A stretch of 64,000 nt of DNA. It comes from Azolla caroliniana. Its lineage: Eukaryota > Plantae > Polypodiophyta. The notes beneath the pieces are model-generated. The model saw nothing but the letters and a program-made list of their open reading frames with translations, was not told where the DNA came from and ran no database searches. The stretch covers positions 16,120,001 to 16,184,000 of the forward strand of contig JBHGNT010000014.1 of the NCBI GenBank assembly GCA_043228905.1, read 5' to 3'. The translations under genes and the position numbers were made by a program. Shown here in pieces: positions 26,201 to 37,429 of the stretch (position 1 is its first letter; every line of letters begins with the position of its first letter).

Positions 26201-29200
26201 CAGGCTACAGAAGTGTGTTGCATTGTCTATTACAGAGGCAGAGTATGTTGCTGCCACTGAGGCATGCAAGGAGGCTTTATGGCTTTCACATCTAGTGAAA
26301 GATCTTGGCATTACAAAGTTACCTATTCTTCATTGTGACAATCAGAGTGTTATCATGCTAGCTCGGAATCCCATCTTTCATGCAAAGACGAAGCACATAC
26401 AGGTGAAGTATCACTTCATCAGAGATGTACTTGACAGCAAGAACATTGAGCTTGTCAAAGTACATACAAATAATAATCCTGCAAATCTTCTCACGAAGGG
26501 TCTTCCAGCTGAGCGGTTTGCTCATTGTCGACAGATGATGGGAGTTGGACAGATGTATGTAGTTCAGCTTTGTACATACTTGGACTTAGGTGACTTTCTT
26601 TCTTTCTTTTTTCTCCTCACGGAACATTGCCTTTAGGTGGGACATTGTTGGGACTAAAGGGCCATTGTGCCCTTTATTAGTGCACAGGTGTGAACACACT
26701 CGTAGCACATTTTGACTTGTATATATATATCTAAAAACCAAAAAAAAGTGGTACACTCTTTGTACCCAAGACAACGTGCATCTCTCTCTCTCCTCCTTTG
26801 TCTCTCACTCAGACTCTCTCCCTCTCTGGTTGACCTAAACCCTAATCCTCGTGCTACCCTTCACATAAAGATGGATGTGCACCAACTCCAAGATAGATGT
26901 TGCATAGTGAGTGGCTTCATGAGGGAAAGGCTTTGGATGTTGCTTGCCATGAAAACAAGCAACACATGGGGTATTGGGAGTTTTGAAAATAGGTTGACCC
27001 TCAACTAGTTGTGAAGAGGAGAGGTTTTGTAGAGAATAGTAGTTGAGGTGACCGAACCTAGCATGCCACAATGTGGGATCTTCTTATGCCACCAAGGCAT
27101 GAGAGCTTTGAAGAAGATGAAGAAGATGAGATTTGGATTTTCCCAAGGGGCTATGGGAACTTTTCAGGTGATTAAACCCCCGTCTTGTGTGTCACTAGCT
27201 ACAATTTGTAGGTTGTTGGTGTCAATGACTTCCAAAACTGAGCTATCAAAGTAGACTCCATAACCTTGCTTAGTGATTCGGTAGACTGAAATTAGGTTAG
27301 TAGAGATGCGAGGCACATGTAGCACATCTTGAAGAACGCTAGGTTTTGTCATTTGAAGAAGTGTTAAGAAACACATTACCAACACACGAAGCCTCGATGC
27401 TTAAGGCATCTCCTATGGAGATTTGGGAGGAACTAGGCTTCACATCATGCAAAATGGATTTGTAATAAGTCATGTGTGTAGTGGCACCACTGTCTACTAA
27501 CCACTCATCAAGGGTTGAGGTAGTTGTTCCAGCCAATGTGAAGAATATTCCTCAATGCCAAGGGAAACTGTTTCTTTGGCTGAGTGGACCAAGTTTGATT
27601 TTGGTGTAGGTTGACTTTCGGTAGAAGAAGATTTCTTGGCATTGTCCCTTTTCTTTTTCCGACAGTTGGGTTGAATGTGACCTTTGTAGCCACAATAATG
27701 ACAGGTGAGCTCCTTGTAGGTTGGGTTGTTTGACGGTCTTGGATTGGGTTTGTTGTAGGAGTTGCCATTTTCCTTCCACTTGCCTTTACTTTTCGCATGT
27801 AGAAGCGTGTCATTGGAAGTTTGTGCACTTTTCTTCCTTGTTGCTCTGTCTTGTAGCATGCCAAGAAATGTATTCATATCAAGTGTGTTGGGAAGAAGAG
27901 AAATTGTGTCACAAAAGGCTGAGAATGACTCAAGCAGCTTTATCATTAGACGATGCATAAACTCAACTTCAGTTGACTTGCTTCCCAAAGAAAATAGTTC
28001 CTTTTGGAGAGTAACAAATTGCGTTATTTGATCCATGATGTTGGGAGTGTCATGAACCTTGAGATTTGCTAGTTGGCTCTCAATAGCTATCATTTGAGCA
28101 TGATTAGCTCGATGATACCTCTTTTTGATGGCTGCCCATAGTTCATTGGTTGTCTCTTCATTTGTATCTTGAAATTGACGAGCGATGCTCGGTTTAATAT
28201 TAAACATGAGGAAAGCATGTCCATGAGAATCCTTATCTAGCCAAGCTTCAATCTCAACGTTAGATGAGCCAGCAACTGATTTGGTTGAAGAGGATGAAGT
28301 TACCGGTGGTTTCTTGTCACTACCATTGACTACATTCCATAGACGATGGTATTGTAACAAGGTCTTTATTTACAATTCCCAATCCAAGTAATTGTTCCCA
28401 TCCAAAATGGACTCTTTGGGGAGTTGGGGAATGGTTGATGAAACAATGGTGGCATGTGAGGCCATGGATATCCTCCTCTTGAGCTACAACTGGACAATTT
28501 GCAGCAGCTGTAAGTAGATGCTCAGGGTCTTTCTATTCCTCCCTAGATGCTAAGCGAGGCTCAAAAAGAAAAAAGAAGAGCCTCCTTTGTAGGTTGGGAG
28601 GGTGGCTGCTAAGAGAACCTCCTCTATAGGGTTGGGAGGGAGGGATAAAAGAGGATAGGTCTGTGTGCTCTGTGGCGAAAAAAATCAGGTTGAGGATATG
28701 GAGACCTCATTGCTTTGATACCATGTGAGAAAAGTTATTAATAGCAGCAGCGGAACAGTTGCTAGAACAAAATAGACACAGCCAAGATGTGAGAAGGCTG
28801 TTAGACAGCAGTAGAAAAAATGGTTACAAAGAGTATAGACACAGCCAAAGACTAGAGCTTGTTTGTAAGTAGCAACAAAAATAGAAGTCTTTACAAAAGA
28901 GGCTGGTATAGCCTATTAAACTGGGAAAATGGGTGAAATGGTTGTTTGGCAATTAAGTGACTCTTGTACTACCAAACAGGTACAATAAACTAGGAATAAG
29001 AGGGAATATCTTGGAAAAAGTGGAAGAGAGAGAAGGCATTTAAAGCGTTGCAAATTCTAGAGAGAGAAGGCATATAAAGAGTTGCAGATTCTAGAGAGAG
29101 AAGAATCTACGAAGAGAGAGAATGTAAAAGAGCTAATAAAGATGAAAGAGAGTGTAGGTCTGGAGCTGCCACCCTCCAACATGATATGGATCCAATCTCA

Positions 29201-32200
29201 ACACACAAAGACCCATCTATCACATTATTAGGACAATTGTTGCCATAGATAGTTTAAATCATACTTGTTATTCTATAACAAAGGGAAGGAGTTTTTTTTT
29301 TGAAAAAAAATAAATCATACTTGTTATAAAATTGTGAACTCTCTCAACTATTTCTAAAGTTGACATTACTTTTATTATAACACCCTTACATTGAAACTTC
29401 CCTCTTTCATTAAGTTTTACTTTGATTGATAATGTCTCATTATTAATGAATAATACAATCTGTGTTCATTAATTATCTAAATTACTACAAGGTATCAAGG
29501 TTTGGATGATGTATGAATTCAACCCTACAAATTACCTAATGAAAATTTCTCTTACTCAAGAAGTTCGAAAATGGGCAATCTATCTTGAGGTAAGAGTAAC
29601 AAATTGAATTCGTTAATCTCTTCATCATACTATAACTATAGTTGTTTAAAATTAAGTGTTTTAATTAATGAAGGCAATGATGAGTATTAACAAAATTTAC
29701 AATTTATAAACAATTTAAATCCCTGGTTCGAAGGATGAATGTTCCTTGGTTGACAGCCTGGTACTAAGTTTTAGCATTAAAATTTGAGACGAATGGAACA
29801 CAGGAACATAGCCAAAGAGAAGATTATGTTGGAATCAAATAAGTTTAAGGAATATTGCACGTGCATTATGCAGCTTTCAGTTTGACACACGTTAACAAAA
29901 TGTCACAGATCTCCCAAGATACATAGAAACAGAATGAATCAAACATGAACTAAAATTCTTATGAGTCAATTCACATAGCACAATGGTGATCCTTCAAAAG
30001 AGATCATAGTTATCAATACATACGTGATGCCCCATTTGTCAAAGATCATTGGAGGATACTACAAGAGATGGAATGACTGAAAGCATGAAACGAAGGTTGC
30101 CAGTTACCAAAAAAGCCCATAACTAACAGCTCGTATAAAAGGAAGATTGTCAGTTAGCAAAAAGGCCATAACTATTGGCTCGTAAAAAATTAATAACAGG
30201 ATAATAAAGAAATGTTCTAACGGAAGGCATTGGACACTTCTATGTTCTACGCCACCAGTTCATACACTTAATTTTGCTCCATATGTGCCTAGGTCAAGTA
30301 GAAATCACCTAGGTCATTTGGTTATTTCAGAGGGGCTTTTGTGTTCAAACCATTAATAAAGCACGAAGACATACAGCCTATGGCAACAAGGATTTACAAC
30401 CAGATGTGTCAAGCAGTGATTTTGGAGAATCTCAGGTGGAAGATTCTACCAAAAAAACAAATTCCAATAAAAAATTGGTGCGCAATCAAAGAAGCTCATA
30501 ATGGCAGATCTACAGTGCGATTCATCACATTCAATAGACAAAATGATAAGCCTCAGCCACTCCCTTTATCCAAGATTAATGCAGCCTTTTCCCAATAGCA
30601 ACTTCATAGAGGTATCCAAGATATGTAAAGCACCATCCTTTCTCACCATCAGCGCACTTCAATTGTTCGTTGCCACTCCAACTTCAAGGTATAGATCCTA
30701 TGAATTTTCTTTTCTCTGAGCTAATTTTTTAATCTACTTTTTCTTTTAATCTGATTTAGCCATATCTTTTAACATTGTCATGACTGGATGGAATGGAGTA
30801 CCAAGAATTACAGTAATATGGATAATTACAACCAGAATTTTTTGGACACTTCCATTACTTATCTTATTGCCAGCTCATTGGCCAAGCAAGTGAGAATAAT
30901 CCAATATTGTTGCAGTTTATCAAAAGAAAAAGGGATTTCTTCAGTAAAACTAAGGTGACATGTATAAACAGATTATTAAACGTACATCTATTATGCCTGT
31001 GCTTTGCAGGCAGAACAGATGAAAATTTTGAAAGAAACATAGGTTTTTGAAAATGAGTTTCTACCTTTGACAAAAGAATACTGGAAGAAAGAAAGAGTCA
31101 TATCCCACAACAAACATTCTAGGTGTGAGGAGGAAGGGAAGATACTTGCAATGCCAACAACGATTTCCCACTTAAAATGCTTATTGCAAGGAACAACAAA
31201 AAACTTTGGATTGGGTTAGAGGATGTGGGCTTGAAATTTTGCACATGAAACTTTTAATTGGTATCTCTGTCAACTTTCCGGCTTGAGTATTCTGCATGTT
31301 TTATGTCAAACCCTTTGGGTGGTTCGTGATTTTTCATGTATTAATCCACTTCATGCTTGTGTCATTCTCTAAAATCATGAACTCTTGGAGGAAAGAAGTT
31401 AATAATATGGTAGTGGCAAAGCTAAAGACATATATGCCTTGAATGAAAGGGGAAATGCAAACACACTTTCAAACTGCAATGAACATATGGAAGTTATAAA
31501 CACTGGACTGCAAAATAGACACACATGGCCAAGAATTTATTACATAAAATATTATCTTGAAAAACATAATGGATACTCTAAATTTTTGTAGACACATGAA
31601 GAAAACCAGGAACAGAAGATCTGAAGAATATGAGCATTTAAGCTCTTTGCCACAAACTTCCCCTATATACAAGAGGTTTCATTTGATATGAATATATACC
31701 ACCCTTTAGAAGATTATGAAGGACTCAGGATAAAGATGATGTTGATATTTAACTAACCTGTGTATCCGCATTTTCATCAATTGATGCATCTACCAAAAGA
31801 GAGAGAAGAGCATGAAGGTGTCTTTGTACATACGACAGCATGTGTGCTTCCTCATCACCTTGAGCAGGTACATTCTTCTTACCCGTCCTTACCTGTATTA
31901 AAACAGGATGCATTGATGATGAATACAATAAATAGTGGTGGGAAATTTGTGAGTTATCAGCTCACATAAATAATTATTGAAGCACAACACCTCTTTCCTT
32001 CTTTATCATTACCAAATCTATCAAAAATTTAAAACTTTAAATATTGAACAAATCTATCAAAAATTTAAAACTTTAAATATTGAATAATAGTTTCATCATC
32101 AATTCAATAATTGAGGTTGTGATTCCCCAAAGGAGATCCAAATGACTCACTTGGAGGGGTGATAATGTAGAGATCAGTCTATCAAAAGCTGAAGTAGATG

Positions 32201-32774
32201 GCCACACTTCAGCCACTGATGCTGCTGCAGCTTTATGAGGCCGAATTGGGGGCTTCTTATAGCCCTGAATGTACAGGAACAGAATCAGATCATCCAAGCA
32301 GATTACTGGAGCAGGTTTTCCTACGGAAGAAGAAGTCGGGGTGCCTTTCTCAGAAAAAGGAGGAGTGTCTGGAAGCACGGAAGTTAGGGTTTCCAGAACG
32401 AGGAGAGCTTCCTCATCCGATAAGTCCAAGATGTGTGCTAATCCATCAGCATCTATGTGATGTGGAGAAAGAGGAAGGTGATGTCCTAATTCTTCTTCCT
32501 CTTCTTCTTCTTCTTCTTCTGCTGCTGCTGCTTCAGAGATATCCGAGGAGATGAACTTTGAGCGAATCTCTCTCAGTGCAGTGGTGGGATCGGGAAAGAT
32601 AAGCATAGGGAGGGGAAGCAAACCATACTCGAACGGCTCTCGTCTCACACGAAGGAGGCTGCTGCTGTTTCTGGTGCGGTTCAAAGGAGGAGGAGGAGGC
32701 GATGGCTGCTGCAGCTGCTGCTGGAGATGGAGATGGAGATTAGTGCTACTGCTGCAGATGGTTTCTGCACTCAT
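14267..32774 (-). CDS. TBCCD1: TBCC domain-containing protein 1 (tubulin-binding cofactor C domain), 9 exons, 619 aa
   Basis: GT-AG exons 32151-32774, 31758-31892, 18643-19026, 18213-18317, 17136-17276, 14985-15188, 14811-14909, 14446-14557 and 14267-14322 join in frame. Motifs include RREPFEYGLLPLP, VWPSTSAFD, PFFANSDPDMPA, VVNCHDSAVYVLAP, VRIEHCERV, APYNTFYPRLE and FREWLYTSGNIRQLY. Confidence 0.93.
15784..16167. mobile_element. hAT-type MITE, copy 2 (TBCCD1 intron 5)
   Basis: 8-bp TSD ATGACTGC at 15776-15783 and 16168-16175. TIRs TAACAGTCGACAACGG / CCATTGCCGATTGTTA, and the core aligns with copy 1. Confidence 0.9.
16690..16850 (+). pseudogene. Short decayed Copia reverse-transcriptase fragment
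   Basis: Reads ALDLELHRMDV / MFLHGDLYED across a frameshift, which corresponds to the Copia LELHQMDVKTAFLHGDL motif. Confidence 0.6.
19444..29181 (-). mobile_element. Degenerate full-length Ty1/Copia element in TBCCD1 intron 2 (host of a nested element)
   Basis: LTRs at 28724-29181 (5') and 19444-19874 (3'). Minus-strand PBS TGGTATCAAAGCA at 28711-28723 and PPT TGAGGAGG next to 19875. Gag CHYCGYKGHIQPNC, protease WLVDSGAT, GAG-pre-integrase WHARFGH, integrase, RT YVDDLL and RNase H are present with many stops. The TSD is not clean. Confidence 0.92.
22203..26863 (+). mobile_element. Ty1/Copia element nested antisense in the integrase of the host Copia
   Basis: 218-bp LTRs at 22203-22420 and 26646-26863, PBS TAGTATCAGAGC, PPT AGGTGGGA, TSD CACAA/CATAA. 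Gag CHHCGKKG, integrase, RT YVDDML and RNase H carry stops and frameshifts. Confidence 0.93.
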
Positions 32775-32814
32775 CTTCTTCTAGGGTCCTTCTGTCGTCA
32801 TCCACTGAGTACTC

Positions 32815-33215
32815 CAGGCATGAATCAGAATCAGAATCAGAATCAGAATCAGAATCAGGCGGGGGAGAGGGAGGAGGAGGAGCAAGAAGAAGAAGCTCCA
32901 GTGGCATTCAAAAGGGTCATCTACAGTAGAAATGGTGGAGGCGGGAGGAGTGCAGACAGTGGCACGGCCTGATCTAAGGCGCGCGCTCAATCGATCAATC
33001 CAGAGGCAGAAGCAGAGACAGAGACAGAGACAGAGAGACAGACTCTGACGCGTTGCAGAGGAGGTCTTCTTCTTCTTCTTCTTCTTCAGTACATATTTGT
33101 ATGTACACATACATACATACATACATACATACATACATACATACATACATACAACAAAAAACAAAATAGAGAACCCAGAGGAGACTTCTTCTTCTTCTTC
33201 TTCTTCTTCAGTACA
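32815..33215. repeat. Microsatellite cluster in the TBCCD1 5' region: (AATCAG)n, (GAGACA)n, (CTT)n, (CATA)n
   Basis: Repeat runs are directly visible. Confidence 0.9.
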
Positions 33216-33846
33216 TACATATCTCATATATGTACATTATGTACATAAGTAACAGAGTTTATTTCCTTGACAAGCTTTTTTAGGTTTAGGGTCTTTGATT
33301 CTGAATTCTTAGGTATGTACATATGTATGTACGTAAGTGATAGAGAATTTTCTTTGATTCTGATTCTCAATTCTTAGGTATGTACATAAGCGATAGAGAA
33401 TTTCCTGAGAAGCTTTTTTGAGGTTTAGGGCCTTTGATTCTTATTCTGATTCTGATTCTTAGTATGTACATATGTATGTGTGATGGTCTCTCCGAACACA
33501 CATACGTATATATGTATGTTATATATGGTCATGTCATTGGTCCTGACAAGTGCCCGCCTAAAAACCACCCATCGGCCTCGTGACGATAGGACCGATCACA
33601 TTTGCCATCATTTGTTCCCTTCCCTCCCTGCTAGCTCCTCGCCTGCTAGCTCTTCCTAGCTCTCGATCTGGACATGACTTTTGGGTTCCTGGGTTAATGC
33701 CCATGAGTCATATTCTATCGAGAAACGGAATCTCAATTACTTGAAGTTTTTGGGGGGCCACGATCCCATAACTTTGTAAAACTTCAATTGACCCACTGTG
33801 AGTAGCACGTGTTCTTCTTCAAAAGCATTCATTCATTTGAGACTAG

Positions 33847-35240
33847 TGTTGAATGTTGAAGTTGATGTTGCACAATATTGAGGACCTATCAGTGAGTCTA
33901 GAAAACAATACAAGTTGCAAGCAAGATAGAGTTGTGCACTTACACAAGATTCAAGAAGATAAAACGATCAATGGCACACACACACACACACACACACACA
34001 CAGATGTTTAAGCTCAAAGAGAGTATGTTATATTAGTCGTCGTTGTTTCTTTACAAGGTCAGTTACCCACTTATATAGTTAGGTTAACAGTGTGTTCACG
34101 CTAGAGATACAAGGTGGGCGAAGTGGGACATTTATCCCAACAAACTCTCCTGTAAAAGGACTACTTTGTCTACATACAGTGATATGGGGTTATCTCCCCT
34201 ATAAGCTTAAATTACAACTTAAATTTAAACTGTAGTGTATGTTACAAGCTAATCAGTTGGTGGCCGACTCAACAGAGGTAAAGTCGGCTCTAGCTGATCG
34301 GTTGCTTGCCGAGTCGGCTGATGTTCGAATTGGATAGTAGTCGATTCGACTTTTGGTCTCTAGGCAGTCAGCTCCCCATGTATGCTGGTTCTCGTGCTCT
34401 CCAATGGATTGTCGATTGGTTTTCAGTTCCATTCGTCCCTCAATCATCTCTTATCCTTTTGGTTTCCTCACACTCAGTTGTGTCTACAGCCTTCAAGTTG
34501 TTTGGCTCCTTCGACTTCACCTTTTTTACTTGTCCAGTTGTGTCATTCTTTGACTTACCTTCTGCTCCTCATTCGGCTCTTCTTTGCTCACTCGCTTGTT
34601 GCAGTCCCATATGTCCTCTTAGTGTGTCGAAGCATTTATCTAGGAGTGGCTTTGTTAGACCGTCGGTGATGTTCAACTCAGTATCCACCTTTCGAACTTC
34701 GAACTTCTTGTTAGTGACAAGCTTCCAAATATGATGCTACCTCACCTCGATGTGCTTCGTCTTAGCATGATATACCGGATTCCGGATGAGGTGTATTGCG
34801 CTTCAATAGTCACAATAGAGGATTTGCGCTTGATGGTCAATTCGGGTTTTTGCCGAAAAATCGATCGACAACCGGTGCAACCAGATTGCTTCCTTTGATG
34901 CCTCTGACACGGCTATGTACTTAGCCTCTGTGGTCGACATGCTCGTGCACTCTTGCAATTTTGACCTCCATGATATGGCGCCACTGCCATAAGTGAATAT
35001 ATGGCCTAATGTCAACTTCTTATTGTCAGGATTGCTGGAGTTGGTGAAGCCTTCGACTTCGGTCGGATTGTCCAATCCAAATGTCAATTGCAGATCTTCG
35101 GTTCCTCATAGGTACCTGAAGATGTTCTTCACAACTTCCCAATGCTTCCGTCGGGATTGGACATGTGAAGATTGACAAACCCTATGGCATATGCAAGGTT
35201 GGGTCGGGTCGCCACCATTGTGTATGTTAGACTTCCTATT
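33847..35240 (-). mobile_element. Truncated Copia 3' end (end of RT, RNase H, 3' LTR)
   Basis: Minus strand reads IGSLTYTMVATRP, GAISWRSKLQECTSMSTTEAKYIA, ILYCD and HAKTKHIEVR. Purine tract GGAGAGTT abuts TGTTGGG at 34142, giving an LTR at about 33847-34142. Confidence 0.75.
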
Positions 35241-35874
35241 GTCTTAATATAATTATTATAACATGTACGATGTATAGTTATAATAATTATATTATTGTTT
35301 GTTAGAAGATATTTAGCGTATTCTAGAACATTCTAGAATACTCCATAAGAACCTCTAAATAGGTGTTTACTCATTCATCAAAACTCATTTGGTTCAACAC
35401 CAGTCTTTAGCCCCTTAGCCTACCTTTTGTAATTCTTCTTCTCTTATAATATAAACTCATTTCCATTTCTAGTCTCTCTCTCTCTCTCTCTCTCTCTCTT
35501 TGGTAAAATCACACAATTATATTAATTGCATGTAAAAAAATCCCCTATTACAATTTGTTAGTCATCTTTACATACATAGAGAGATACATATTCATAACAT
35601 TACCATGAATATGGACCTCTCAACATCCCCTAATTGTTCTAATTAGTAAAAGCATATTCAATCATGAAGAGAAACAAGTATGTAAGTTAGTTGGACATCA
35701 CATTCGTCATTTGGTCTCTCTCTACATCCTATCTTCACCTCTTTCTATTTTCTCTTTCTCTCATGCTCACAAGTCACGATAGTTTGAACCGAATCCTTTC
35801 TTCTCTTCCTCTTCCAGGAACCCTAGCAAACTTTCTTCTTTTTTCTTCATTCTTTTCCCCGATCCACATAAGTT

Positions 35875-36332
35875 ATGGAGTCCATAAGCAAGCAAGAATA
35901 TACGTGTGTCCTTTCTGAGCTCGACATGCTCACAACTAAGTTTGTGGCATTAGAGCAAGAAAATGAAAGGCTACTCGGGGACCTACAACAATTGAGTACC
36001 GAGAAAGCTCACCAATATGAAGAGTTATCAAATGGGTTCACCAACTTGAGGCTACTATATTGACATTACGAGAACAAGCGGTGGGGGTTCAGAACCCCCC
36101 TAGAGAACCAAAGATTAACCTCCCTACCAAATTTGATAGTACAAGATCTTTGTTTCAAGGCTTTTTGAATCAAGTATGCTTGGTGATTCAATTACATCCC
36201 AATCGGTACCCAACTGAAGTTGCTCGTGTAGGATTAGTCGGAACCTTGCTAAGTGGTACAACATTAGCATGGTTTGCACCACTTCTCGAGAAGAAATCAC
36301 CGTTGTTGGAGGAATTTTGTTACTCCTCCTAG
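35875..36332 (+). pseudogene. Ty3/Gypsy gag fragment (PEG10/RTL1-like capsid N-terminus)
   Basis: A coiled-coil is followed by EPKINLPTKFDSTRSLFQGFLNQVCLVIQLHPNRYPTEVARVGLVGTLLSGTTLAWFAPLLEK. The fragment is frameshifted and truncated. Confidence 0.75.
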
Positions 36333-36339
36333 AGAAAAC

Positions 36340-36910
36340 ACCTTCAGTTACCCCTCTCGAGTAATCAGATCAAGGTATTGTGGTGCGAAGGAGAGTTGAG
36401 GTCACGACACCCTACCGAGACCGTTAGCCGAGCCATTATGGGGTATATGACTTCCTAGTGCTTGTGATTGTTATTCAGGTTGTCCCACTTGGATGGAATT
36501 ATGACCGCCGAGATAAGAAGGATATGTTGCGGGATCGGCTACAATAAATCCTTAGATATGTATTTTACACAAATTGAACTTATATATACCTACATATATA
36601 TATAAGAATAAAGAGACTGAACACTGAAGTTGCCCACAAAATATATTCGCTTAAAGTGTACACACACAGATACAAGTACCGAATACTCTCGGTAGACCAC
36701 CCATAGTCTATCCCTGTATTTCTGGCCTAGTTCTCCATCTTCATGTTCTCTACTACTCGATATATATAATTCTTGTGCTCAGTGTTTTCCCATTGTTCTT
36801 CCTAAATGTTCGGCTCCCTTTGTTTGGTTGCTAGTGCTTGGACTTCCTTGATTCGTTTCACACATTGTCCCACTTGTCCCACCGATAACACCTGGCACAT
36901 CCGTGGGACA
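36340..36910. mobile_element. LTR-like segment ending ...GATAACA followed by a tRNA-Arg-complementary motif (element Y remnant)
   Basis: AACA-CC-TGGCACATCCGTGGGACA at 36887-36910 is homologous to the border at 37418-37441. The left boundary is uncertain. Confidence 0.45.
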
Positions 36911-37429
36911 GTGCCTTGCACGTTGAACCCAAACTCGATGTTAATCATGGGCTGGACTTAGCCACAAACACAGGGTGTCCGTACCGGAACACTTCTCCAA
37001 AGGGGTGGTTAGGATATGGATGTTAACCAGTGTTTATCCGATTCCAATCCGACTATTCCCGGATACCTTCCGGATTACTTAATGCGCAACCGATTACTTC
37101 TACCATGCGTAAGATTAATAGTAAAGGGCAGAACGACAAGTACACAGACACAATATAATTAAGAACAATCGCTAATCTTGTATTACTTCCGTTAATCATT
37201 TACATTGATTCCGGATCCTTTTATAGGCATCCGATAGGGATTACAAAACGGTGCTTACCGGTTATCAACTATCAATCGGTGCAGATCTGGATCGGTACAA
37301 CTATCTGGATCCGTCTGTTCCTATAATATTACTTAACTAATAATTATGCTACTACTTATATTATTATACTCCGACTCGTGCCCATCCACATTACTCGTCC
37401 GGAACATACTCTAGACCAACACATGGCAC

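Noticed and set aside
31880-31895. Recursive-splice-like CAG|GTAAGG at the TBCCD1 exon 2 start
   Set aside because: AG|GT is the ordinary acceptor consensus, and several exons here begin with Val codons. There is no independent support.
35240-35515. Possible solo LTR (TG...TCACA)
   Set aside because: There is no TSD and no second copy in the window, so the boundaries cannot be supported.
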